From contig CAZALZ010000013.1 in assembly GCA_964486475.1 (NCBI GenBank), positions 1 through 29,596 of the forward strand: a DNA stretch of 29,596 nucleotides. The letters are read 5' to 3'. The DNA is from an uncultured Gammaproteobacteria bacterium. Its GTDB lineage: Bacteria; Patescibacteriota; Patescibacteriia; Patescibacteriales; WJLG01. The notes under the pieces are model-generated. The model was not told where the DNA came from and made no database searches. It worked only from the letters and a program-made list of their open reading frames with translations. The position numbers and the translations under genes were made by a program. This document shows, piece by piece, positions 20,643-28,650 of the stretch. Within the stretch, counting starts at the first letter, position 1. Every line of letters starts with the position of its first letter.

Positions 20643-21047
20643 ATGGAAAAATTAACAATGAAAACCGGTGAGGAAGTTGACAATTCGAAAATCGAAGAAA
20701 GAAAAATCGCAATTGATCCGGAAACATCAGAAATATTTAAAGAATTTCCAGTTAATAGCGATTTTGGCATAAACTGCTGGCAAGGTCCGCACTTTTTTAA
20801 TTTGGTCATTCCAAAGAATATTTTTAAAAAAATCGGGCCGGGCGATCCGCGCATAGAAGCTTTGTCAAAGACTTTCGGTGCCAAAGAAGATGCTGATGTT
20901 TACTCCGTTAAATTACCGCTTTCCGCCTCTGAGGGTAAGGTTTTAGAATCTCCGGAAGAGACAGAAGCGAGAATTCAAAAAATAATTGATGTTATAGAAA
21001 GAGCGTATAAGGATAGTTTAGCGGGTAATTTAAAAGAAATAAAATAA
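20643..21047 (+). CDS. hypothetical protein (134 aa)
   Basis: ORF 5 nt after the previous stop; no recognised motif. Confidence 0.6.
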   Translation: MEKLTMKTGEEVDNSKIEERKIAIDPETSEIFKEFPVNSDFGINCWQGPHFFNLVIPKNIFKKIGPGDPRIEALSKTFGAKEDADVYSVKLPLSASEGKVLESPEETEARIQKIIDVIERAYKDSLAGNLKEIK

Positions 21048-21082
21048 TAGTCGAAGAATGTTTTAATAAATAAAATATTAAT

Positions 21083-21370
21083 ATGGAAAACAATCAAAAC
21101 AAGCCGCCAGAAATTAAAATCGCGGATAATCTTCCAGGCGGCGAATACGCCAATGCCATGCAGGTAATTTTCAGCAAAGACGAATTTACCTTGCCGTTTT
21201 TTAATTTAGTCGGCAATACCGGCCGCGTGGTGGCGAAAATTATTTCCAATCCCGGCCATTACAACAGAATGGTTGCGGTTATGGAAAAATCTCTGAAGGA
21301 ATATGAAGGTAAATTCGGCGCGATTAAAGAGGCGGCGGAGTTGAATAAAGAGATTGGATTTAAAGCTTAA
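21083..21370 (+). CDS. DUF3467 domain protein (95 aa)
   Basis: The pattern GEYANAMQVIFSKDEFTLPFF...GRVVAKIISNPGHYNRMVAVMEKSLKEYEGKFGAIKE matches the DUF3467 signature as I recall it (Y-x-N...EF-x-LDF...P-x-HAK...YE-x-x-FG-x-I). Confidence 0.7.
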   Translation: MENNQNKPPEIKIADNLPGGEYANAMQVIFSKDEFTLPFFNLVGNTGRVVAKIISNPGHYNRMVAVMEKSLKEYEGKFGAIKEAAELNKEIGFKA

Positions 21371-21372
21371 TA

Positions 21373-21444
21373 GTAGCATGCAGCAGATAGTATGGTATAT
21401 GGTTTTTGCAACCGCCATATTACATGCCGCATATTCCATACTAC
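21373..21444. repeat. heptad-repeat hairpin element, copy E4 (DUF3467 stop to dnaJ start)
   Basis: GTAGCATG CAGCAGA TAGTATG GTATATG G-tttttgcaaccg-CCATATTA CATGCCG CATATTC CATACTA C. The outer arms GTAGCATG/CATACTAC match 7 of 8. The inner arms ATATGG/CCATAT give 6 bp. It ends 4 nt before the dnaJ ATG. Confidence 0.7.
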
Positions 21445-21448
21445 AAAA

Positions 21449-22525
21449 ATGAGTAAAGATTATTATAAAATTTTAGGAGTGGAAAGAAGTGCCGGCGCTG
21501 ATGAAGTCAAGAAGGCGTTTTTAAGGTTGGCTCATGAATATCATCCCGATAAGACCGGCGGCGACGATGCGAAATTTAAAGAAATTAATGAGGCCTACCA
21601 AGTTTTGGGAAATAAAGAAAAACGCGCGCAATATGATCAATTCGGCTCGGCGGGACCGAACATGGGAGGATTTGGCGCCGGTCGAGGATTTGGCGGTTTT
21701 CAGGGTGGAGGAATGAATATTAATATGGATGATCTGGGTGAAATGTTCGGGGGATTCGGGGATATTTTCGGTTTTGGCTCTTCTCGCTCTAGTCGCGGAA
21801 AATCAAGGCGCGGAGCAGATATCGAAGCTGAACTGACCGTTGACTTTGAAGAAGCGGTTTTCGGCGCGGAAAAGGAAGTTTCTTTGCGTAAAAAAATAAT
21901 TTGCGATCGTTGCCATGGTTCCGGCGCCGAGCCAGGAGCGAAAATGGAAAACTGCTCCACTTGCGGCGGACGCGGGAGGATTCGTTATGTCCAACAAACC
22001 ATTTTGGGTGATATTCAAACCGAAACCACTTGCCGCGCCTGCAACGGCGAAGGAAAGATTCCTTCTCAGAAATGCGCTAAATGCCACGGGAGCGGGGCAA
22101 TTAATGACAGTGTTAAATTTAAAGTTAAAATTCCGGCCGGCGTGGATGATGGCGGACGCATCCGCTTAGCCGGTTATGGCGAAGCCGGAGATAAAGATGC
22201 CGGTGCCGGTGATTTGTATTTAAATATCCGCGTGCGCCATAGTTCCAAATTTGTCCGAGAAGATTATGATATTCTTACTAAAAAAGAAATAACTTTTACT
22301 CAGGCGGCCTTGGGTGATAAAGTGGAAATTGAAACCATCCACGGTAAAGTGGAGTTGAAAATCCCGGAAGGCACTCAGTCGGGAACGGTTTTCAAATTAA
22401 AAAATAAAGGGATTCCGCATATCGGCAGTAAAATTACGGGCGATCATTTGGTGGAGATCATAATTAAAACGCCTAAAAATTTAACTGGTAAGCAGAAAAA
22501 AACTTTAAAAGAATTAAACATTTAA
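21449..22525 (+). CDS. dnaJ: molecular chaperone DnaJ (type I)
   Basis: J domain (DYYKILGV...YHPDK), G/F-rich region, four CxxCxGxG zinc-finger repeats (CDRCHGSG, CSTCGGRG, CRACNGEG, CAKCHGSG). Start at ATG 21449. Confidence 0.95.
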   Translation: MSKDYYKILGVERSAGADEVKKAFLRLAHEYHPDKTGGDDAKFKEINEAYQVLGNKEKRAQYDQFGSAGPNMGGFGAGRGFGGFQGGGMNINMDDLGEMFGGFGDIFGFGSSRSSRGKSRRGADIEAELTVDFEEAVFGAEKEVSLRKKIICDRCHGSGAEPGAKMENCSTCGGRGRIRYVQQTILGDIQTETTCRACNGEGKIPSQKCAKCHGSGAINDSVKFKVKIPAGVDDGGRIRLAGYGEAGDKDAGAGDLYLNIRVRHSSKFVREDYDILTKKEITFTQAALGDKVEIETIHGKVELKIPEGTQSGTVFKLKNKGIPHIGSKITGDHLVEIIIKTPKNLTGKQKKTLKELNI

Positions 22526-22584
22526 TTTTAAATTTTATTTTAACGTAGGAACAGAGAGGGTATTTCCGATTTAGCAGTAAAAAT

Positions 22585-24090
22585 ATGAGTAATAAAGTTT
22601 TATTGATAATTTGCGACGGTTTGGGATATAGCGAAAATATTAAATATAATGCCGTAATGGAGGCCAACACTCCGAATTTGGATGAGTTTTATAAAAAATA
22701 TCCATATGCCCTTTTAGCGGCTTCCGGAGAGGCAATTGGCTTGCCGGAAGGCCAGATGGGGACATCTGAAGCTAATCATTTGGTAATTGGTTCCGGCAGG
22801 GTCGTTTATCAAAATTTAGTTAAAATTAATCGCGCCGTGAAATCTGGAGAATTAAAAAGCAACCCGGCCATAATTGAAGCTTTTAATCATGTTAAAAAAT
22901 ATAATAGCGTTTTGCATATCAAAGGGATTCTCGGTCCGGGCGGAGTTCATGGTCACAGCGATCATATTAAGGGCTTAATAAAGGCCGCTAAAGATTTCGG
23001 AGTAAAAAATATTTTATTGCATCTCTTTACCGACGGCCGTGATACCGCTCCGCGAAGCGCCTTGGAATATATCGCCGATCTGGAAGGATTTTTCGCAGAG
23101 GAGGGTATTGGGAAAATCGCTTCTTTGGGGGGGCGCTATTATGGTATGGATAGAGATAACAACGCGGACCGCACGGAGAAACATTTTAAAATAATGACAG
23201 CGAAGGACGGACCGAAATATCCGAGCGCCAAAAAAGCGATAGAAGAGGCTTATAAAAATAATTTAACTGATGAGTTTATTGAGCCGGCTTTGATAGAAAT
23301 CGGACCCGGTGAATATGGCTGCGTTCAGTCTAATGACGCTGTTATTTTCGCCAACTTCCGCTCCGACCGCGCCAAACAACTGGCTAAGCGTTTTGTTAAC
23401 GGCGGGTTTAAAAATTTACAATATGTCGCGATGACCAAATATGACGACGACCTTGATATTCGCACGGCTTTTCCGCCGGAAGAAATAAGAAATACTTTAA
23501 GCGAGGTTGTTTCTCAAAACGGTTTAAAGCAATTAAAAATCACTGAAACGGAAAAATTTACTCATCTGACTTTTTTCTTTAATGCGCAAAAATATGAAGC
23601 CGAAAGCGGCGAGGAGAGAATTTTGATTGATAGCAATAAAGACGTGAAGACTCATGATGAAAAACCGGAGATGAAAGTTTTTGAAATCGCAGAGGAATTA
23701 GAGAAGGCTTTAGCCGAGAATAAATATGATTTTATCGCCGCCAATTTGGTAAATTGCGATATGGTCGGGCATACGGGGAATTCTTCCGCTATAATCAAGG
23801 CGGTTGAAGCGGTGGATGAAGTTTTGGGAAAAATTTTTAAAGCCGCCCGTTCCGCCGGGTATGAAGTTATTATTACCGCTGATCATGGTAATGCCGAGCA
23901 GATTTTTGATGAGTTTTCCGGCCAAGTCATGACCTCGCATACTTTAAATCCCGTGCCGTTTATTCTTCTTTCTGAAAAATATGAAAAATTAAACAAACCA
24001 GAGGGATTGCTTTCCGATGTGGCGCCGACAATTTTGAAAATAATGGGTTTGCCGGTACCGACTGAGATGACTGGGCGTCCTTTAATTTGA
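22585..24090 (+). CDS. gpmI: 2,3-bisphosphoglycerate-independent phosphoglycerate mutase
   Basis: LIICDGLGYS N-terminus, catalytic-Ser region TSEANHLVIGSGR, GGVHGH, TDGRDT, C-terminal ADHGNAE; 501 aa. Confidence 0.9.
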   Translation: MSNKVLLIICDGLGYSENIKYNAVMEANTPNLDEFYKKYPYALLAASGEAIGLPEGQMGTSEANHLVIGSGRVVYQNLVKINRAVKSGELKSNPAIIEAFNHVKKYNSVLHIKGILGPGGVHGHSDHIKGLIKAAKDFGVKNILLHLFTDGRDTAPRSALEYIADLEGFFAEEGIGKIASLGGRYYGMDRDNNADRTEKHFKIMTAKDGPKYPSAKKAIEEAYKNNLTDEFIEPALIEIGPGEYGCVQSNDAVIFANFRSDRAKQLAKRFVNGGFKNLQYVAMTKYDDDLDIRTAFPPEEIRNTLSEVVSQNGLKQLKITETEKFTHLTFFFNAQKYEAESGEERILIDSNKDVKTHDEKPEMKVFEIAEELEKALAENKYDFIAANLVNCDMVGHTGNSSAIIKAVEAVDEVLGKIFKAARSAGYEVIITADHGNAEQIFDEFSGQVMTSHTLNPVPFILLSEKYEKLNKPEGLLSDVAPTILKIMGLPVPTEMTGRPLI

Positions 24091-24095
24091 ATTTA

Positions 24096-24132
24096 AAAAA
24101 ATCGGCGAGTCGAAAGGCTTGCCGATTTTTTT
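24096..24132 (+). terminator. rho-independent terminator after gpmI
   Basis: AAAAATCGGC-gagtcgaaaggctt-GCCGATTTTTTT. Confidence 0.75.
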
Positions 24133-24190
24133 ATAATTATTCGTTTAAGCGGCTATTTTAAAAATCTATCTTTTCTGTTATTCTTAACAT

Positions 24191-25282
24191 ATGAAAAAAT
24201 TAATAATATTGTTTTTATTTTTTATTCCTTTTTTAACTGTTAAGGCTCAAGATTCTGGTAGTATCGAGAATTTTGAAGCGCAAGTTGTGGAAGTGATAGA
24301 ACAGAAAAAATTTACCGATCAGAACGGAGAAGAAAATATCCGGCAGAATTTGCTTTTGCGCGGTCTGAGCGGTTCTTGGCGCGGAGAAGAGATAAGGTAT
24401 GACGGAATTGGTGCGGCCGACACCGTTAGCGCCCAGCTTTATGAAGTGGGCGATAAAGTTTTGGTGCAGAAAACAACCACGCCGGAAGGCGAGAGCAATT
24501 TTTACATCACCGATTATGTCCGCCGCGGCTGGCTTTATCTTTTGACTGTTATTTTTTGTTTGATTGTTTTGGCGGTCGGCGGCTGGAAGGGCGGCCGGTC
24601 CTTATTGAGTTTAGTTTTAAGCTTTTTTGTAATAATAAAATTCGTAATTCCCCTTATTGTTTCCGGATACAGTCCGCTTTTGGTTTCACTTTTCGGTTCC
24701 TTTATTATTTTGGGTTTGTTGATATATGTAACCGAAGGTTTTAGTATTAAATCGCATTTGGCAATGGTTTCCATGTTTTTTTCTTTAGCCGCTACTTTGG
24801 GTTTGTCAGTTTTGTTTTCCGGCTTGGCTCGTTTAACCGGATTAGCTAGTGAAGAAGCTGGTTTTTTAATCGGTTTAACCGATTCGCCGATAAATTTCCG
24901 CGGTTTGCTTTTGGCCGGTTTTTTAATCGGTGCCGTCGGGGTTTTGGATGATGTGGTCGTTGGTCAGATTGAGGCGGTGCGCCAAATAAAAGAAGCCAAT
25001 CCTTATATGTCTTTTTGGAAACTTTTTCGTTCAGCTTATAAAGTCGGCAACACCCATTTAAGCGCCATAGTCAATACTTTGTTTTTGGTTTATGCCGGCG
25101 CGTCATTGCCGTTATTAATTCTTTTTTCTTTAGGAGAGAATTCATCCATTACTTTCTCGGGAGCTCTTAATAATGAATTAATAGCCACGGAAATCGTTCG
25201 TACCTTAGTCGGCTCAATCGGCGTAGCTTTATCTATCCCGATTTCCACTTTACTGGCGGCAAAATGGCTGAAGATTAAATGA
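24191..25282 (+). CDS. YibE/F-like multi-pass membrane protein
   Basis: Signal peptide and an extracytoplasmic N-domain, then about 7 TM helices. Motifs GAVGVLDDVVVGQIEAV, YKVGNTHLSAIVNTLFLVYAGASLPLL resemble YibE/F. Confidence 0.6.
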   Translation: MKKLIILFLFFIPFLTVKAQDSGSIENFEAQVVEVIEQKKFTDQNGEENIRQNLLLRGLSGSWRGEEIRYDGIGAADTVSAQLYEVGDKVLVQKTTTPEGESNFYITDYVRRGWLYLLTVIFCLIVLAVGGWKGGRSLLSLVLSFFVIIKFVIPLIVSGYSPLLVSLFGSFIILGLLIYVTEGFSIKSHLAMVSMFFSLAATLGLSVLFSGLARLTGLASEEAGFLIGLTDSPINFRGLLLAGFLIGAVGVLDDVVVGQIEAVRQIKEANPYMSFWKLFRSAYKVGNTHLSAIVNTLFLVYAGASLPLLILFSLGENSSITFSGALNNELIATEIVRTLVGSIGVALSIPISTLLAAKWLKIK

Positions 25283-25310
25283 TTTTTCAATAATTCGGCG
25301 CGATATTTTA

Positions 25311-25339
25311 TTCAAGCTCTTGCAAGAAAAATTTATAAT
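25311..25339 (+). promoter_or_regulatory. candidate promoter (TTCAAG-17 nt-TATAAT)
   Basis: A perfect -10 TATAAT at 25334-25339, about 90 nt before the ATG at 25431. Confidence 0.4.
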
Positions 25340-25430
25340 CGGCGTATTATCAGGCAGAAGAGCTCTCTTAATAAATTAATATTTCGCCGAAATGTTAAAG
25401 GGTTTCTTTGATATTTCGAAAAGAATATTC

Positions 25431-25925
25431 ATGAAAAATAAAAAAATTATCATTGCCGGTTTGGCTTTGCTGGCTTTAGGAGTCGTTTCTTGCCCATTCT
25501 ATGCCAATGCTTCTACTGATTCTTCTGCTGGTTCGAATCGAAAAATGAGGGGCGGTGAAAAGCCTGACAATCGCCCAGAAATGGCTTCAACGACTTCTGT
25601 TGAATTTGAACAGAAAAAAGCCGAGCAGGAGGCCAAGCAAGAGGCGCTAAACGAAGCTTTGTCCAGCGGCGATTATAATGCTTGGACAGAAGCTGTTGGT
25701 AGTGATGGTAAAATGTTTGATAAAATAACCGCTGATAATTTTTCCAATCTTTCTGAAGCTTATAAGCTAATGAAAGAGGCTGAAAGTTTGCTGGAAGATG
25801 CCGGACTGGATGGCGGAATGGGGATTTTAAACGGTTTTGGTTTAGACGGTCGACATGGGGGATTTCATGATTTTAAAAAATTGGAGGCGGGGCAAAATAG
25901 CGCGGAGCAACAAATAAATAATTAA
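25431..25925 (+). CDS. secreted hypothetical protein (164 aa)
   Basis: Signal peptide MKNKKIIIAGLALLALGVVSCPFYANA, then a low-complexity/helical region. Start moved to ATG 25431. Confidence 0.65.
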   Translation: MKNKKIIIAGLALLALGVVSCPFYANASTDSSAGSNRKMRGGEKPDNRPEMASTTSVEFEQKKAEQEAKQEALNEALSSGDYNAWTEAVGSDGKMFDKITADNFSNLSEAYKLMKEAESLLEDAGLDGGMGILNGFGLDGRHGGFHDFKKLEAGQNSAEQQINN

Positions 25926-25941
25926 TTTAAATTTTCCGTTT

Positions 25942-25970
25942 AAGCTTGTTTCTTTTGAAACAAGCTTTTA
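25942..25970 (+). terminator. rho-independent terminator
   Basis: AAGCTTGTTTC-tttt-GAAACAAGCTT is a perfect 11-bp stem followed by TTT. Confidence 0.75.
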
Positions 25971-25984
25971 CAGCTACGGAGAAT

Positions 25985-26419
25985 ATGCTTACTGATAAAA
26001 AGAATGTTATAATAACCGCCGTTGTTTTGGTTTTAATAGTGACGGCTGCCGGGTCTTTTTTTGCAGGAGTGTCTTTCGGTAAGGGTAAGAATACCCGCGG
26101 AAATTTTTCTAATGACGGTAATTTTCAGGGTAAAATCAACCAAGGTTCCGACGCCGGCATGATCAGCGGCGAAGTGATCGGCATAGCCGGAGATAATATT
26201 ATTATCAGCCAGGGCGATGGTACAGAAAGAAAAATCAATATTTCCGAGGCCGTTGTTACTATTACTGAAATTATTAACAAATCCATAGATGATTTAGCTG
26301 TCGGTCAATCCGTAATAGTTAATGGTTCTACTGATTCTGATGATAATTTTTCCGCCACGATCGTGCAGATTCGTTCTAAAGAAGATATGCCCGCGCCGGC
26401 GCAAAACAGACAACCGTAA
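25985..26419 (+). CDS. membrane-anchored hypothetical protein (144 aa), possibly with a small beta domain
   Basis: N-terminal TM helix VIITAVVLVLIVTAAGSFFAGV, then G-x-V-x-x-I...V-x-x-G-x-x-V-x-V-x-G type beta-strand repeats. The SD-like GGAGA lies 3 nt upstream, closer than usual. The track start is a TTG inside the upstream terminator. Confidence 0.6.
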   Translation: MLTDKKNVIITAVVLVLIVTAAGSFFAGVSFGKGKNTRGNFSNDGNFQGKINQGSDAGMISGEVIGIAGDNIIISQGDGTERKINISEAVVTITEIINKSIDDLAVGQSVIVNGSTDSDDNFSATIVQIRSKEDMPAPAQNRQP

Positions 26420-26452
26420 GATGGCGCTCCGGCCGCCAGATAATAAGAATTT

Positions 26453-26477
26453 AAAAAAACAACCTCAGTTGTTTTTT
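26453..26477. terminator. bidirectional terminator between convergent genes
   Basis: AAAAAACAAC-ctca-GTTGTTTTTT, perfect and symmetrical. Confidence 0.75.
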
Positions 26478-26494
26478 AAAATAAGCGGTTTTGT

Positions 26495-27223
26495 TTATTT
26501 TTTTGAAAAGAATCTTTCGCTATAATATTTTCTTTCTTCTGGGTTTCCGCCATCCGCGGCGCTTTTTTTGGTTAGTTGGCCGGGGTGGACGCGGTAGAGG
26601 CAAAGATAACCTTCAATTAAATATGGTTTGAATTTTTTTTCCGCCAGCCTCAACCAAAGATCGTAATCTTGTGTACGCAATTTTTCACCCCAGCCGCCGA
26701 CTGTTTTTATGCAAGAACGGTCGATTGTTGCAGTGCCGTTGGGAACGAAACAGCGTTTTAAAAGGCTTTGAAAGGCATTTTTAGCTTGAGGGCGATAAAT
26801 ATTGTATTCTCCCAAATTTTCCAATAATTTGTTATTTTTATTGATAAATAAAGAGCGTCCGTAAGTCCATTGGGCGCGCGGATTTTTCTTGAGAAAATTA
26901 TATCTGATTTGCAGGCTGGAGCGCGGCAGTAGATCGTCGTCGTCCAGCGGAACAATGAATTTTCCTTTGGATTTTTTGAAAGCGATATTTAAGGCGTCGC
27001 CCGGGCCGAAGTTGCGGTTGTTTTTTATGTAAATAATTCTTTTGTCTTCGCGCACGAATTTTTTAGCGATTTTGGCAGTGTCGTCGGTTGAGTTATTATC
27101 TACGATGATGTGTTCGTGGGTAAAGCCTTCTTCTTTCTGGTTTTGGATGCTTCTGATATTAGCCGTCAGGAATTCCGCGCGGTTATGGGTTGGGGTGAGA
27201 ATAGAGAAAAAAGGCTTTTTCAT
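26495..27223 (-). CDS. family 2 glycosyltransferase
   Basis: FSILTPTHNRAEFL, IIVDNNSTDDT, the DxD region VPLDDDDLL; typical GT-A GT2 layout. Confidence 0.85.
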   Translation of the reverse strand: MKKPFFSILTPTHNRAEFLTANIRSIQNQKEEGFTHEHIIVDNNSTDDTAKIAKKFVREDKRIIYIKNNRNFGPGDALNIAFKKSKGKFIVPLDDDDLLPRSSLQIRYNFLKKNPRAQWTYGRSLFINKNNKLLENLGEYNIYRPQAKNAFQSLLKRCFVPNGTATIDRSCIKTVGGWGEKLRTQDYDLWLRLAEKKFKPYLIEGYLCLYRVHPGQLTKKSAADGGNPEERKYYSERFFSKK

Positions 27224-27225
27224 AA

Positions 27226-28596
27226 TTATTTTATTTTTCCCACAAAGTATTTTACCAATTCATCGGCGCCGACGCGTTCTTGAGCCATGGTGTCGCGGTC
27301 GCGGATTGTGACGGTATTGTCTTTTTCAATGGTATCAAAATCAACGGTTACGCAATAAGGCGTGCCGATTTCGTCCTGGCGGCGGTAGCGTTTGCCGACA
27401 TTGCCGTTGTCGTCAAATTCGCAAGTCCAATTTTTCTTTAAAGTGTTGAAAATTTCCTGCGCTTTTTCGACGAGAGCGGGTTTATTCTTTAATAATGGAA
27501 AGACGGCAATTTTTATCGGGGCGACTGTCGGCGGGAATTTAAGGACGACGCGTTCGTCATCTTCTATTTTTTCTTCGGTATAAGCCGAGCAGAGAACGGC
27601 CAGAAGCGCGCGGTCGAGGCCCATGGAAGGCTCAATAACGTGCGGGAGATATTTTTTGGCGTTGTCATTCGGGTCGCTGTAGCGCAGATCGGCGCCGGAA
27701 AATTTGGCATGCTGCGAAAGATCAAAATCGCCGCGATGCGCCAAACCGCAAAGTTCGCTTTGGCCGAATGGATATTCAAATTCCAGATCAACGGTTTTGC
27801 GGGAATAATGGGAAAGTTTTTCTTTCGGATGTTCAAAACGGACGACTTTTTTCATGTCAACGCCGACGGCGGAAAAAAATTCTTCCTGATTTTTCAGCCA
27901 GCTTTCAAACAGCGGCTGCCAATCAGCTTCCGGATCAAAAAAATATTCTATTTCCATTTGCTCAAATTCGCGCGTGCGGAAAATAAAATTGCGGGCGATT
28001 ATTTCGTTGCGGAAAGCTTTTCCGATTTGGGCGATGCCGAAAGGAATTTTGACGCGAGTGGAATCCAGGACATTTTTGAAATCAGAAAATATCGCGCCGG
28101 CGGTTTCTGGCCTTAGATATATCGGTTCGTTGATGCCGTTCATTTCGGTTTTAAACATCATATTCAGAGTGCGGACTTCGGTCCAATCGGATTTGCCGCA
28201 TTCCGGGCATTTTTGCCCTTGCAACGCTTGATTCATTCCTTCCAGATTTCCTTCCAAGTCTTTACCGGTTAATTCTTCAACCAAATGGTCGGCGCGGAAA
28301 CGTTTCTGGCAGGCTTTGCAGTCAACCATCGCATCGTTAAAACCGGTGGTGTGGCCGGAAGCTTCCCAGAGTTTCGGATGCAAAAGGATCGGACCGTCGA
28401 GGCCGACAATGTCTTCGCGTTCTTCTACGAATTTTTTCCACCAAATATCTTTGATGTTTTTTTTGAGTTGAACGCCGTAAGGGCCGTAAGAATAGGCATT
28501 AGCCAAACCGCCGTAAATTTCACAAGCTGGGAAAATAAAGCCTCTTCTTTTACAAAGAGAAACTATCTTTTCCATTTGTTCGTTTTGTTCGGTCAT
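27226..28596 (-). CDS. glyQS: glycine--tRNA ligase (alpha2 homodimeric type)
   Basis: IVSLCKRRGFIFPACEIYGGLANAYSYGPYG, FRADHL, class II motifs (FRNEI, GLDR), C-terminal anticodon-binding domain; 456 aa. Confidence 0.93.
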   Translation of the reverse strand: MTEQNEQMEKIVSLCKRRGFIFPACEIYGGLANAYSYGPYGVQLKKNIKDIWWKKFVEEREDIVGLDGPILLHPKLWEASGHTTGFNDAMVDCKACQKRFRADHLVEELTGKDLEGNLEGMNQALQGQKCPECGKSDWTEVRTLNMMFKTEMNGINEPIYLRPETAGAIFSDFKNVLDSTRVKIPFGIAQIGKAFRNEIIARNFIFRTREFEQMEIEYFFDPEADWQPLFESWLKNQEEFFSAVGVDMKKVVRFEHPKEKLSHYSRKTVDLEFEYPFGQSELCGLAHRGDFDLSQHAKFSGADLRYSDPNDNAKKYLPHVIEPSMGLDRALLAVLCSAYTEEKIEDDERVVLKFPPTVAPIKIAVFPLLKNKPALVEKAQEIFNTLKKNWTCEFDDNGNVGKRYRRQDEIGTPYCVTVDFDTIEKDNTVTIRDRDTMAQERVGADELVKYFVGKIK

Positions 28597-28650
28597 ATGA
28601 GTATAAAACTAAATTTTAAAATTTAAAATTGTGATTTGAGATTTTCAAGT

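Noticed and set aside
23127-23133. G7 tract in gpmI as a possible phase-variation site
   Set aside because: It is shorter than typical contingency tracts and sits in an essential glycolytic gene. It more likely reflects the GGG GGG Gly codons by chance.
27640-28116. 158-aa ORF antisense to glyQS (and neighbouring 72-113-aa ORFs)
   Set aside because: These are shadow ORFs within a confidently identified aminoacyl-tRNA synthetase gene.
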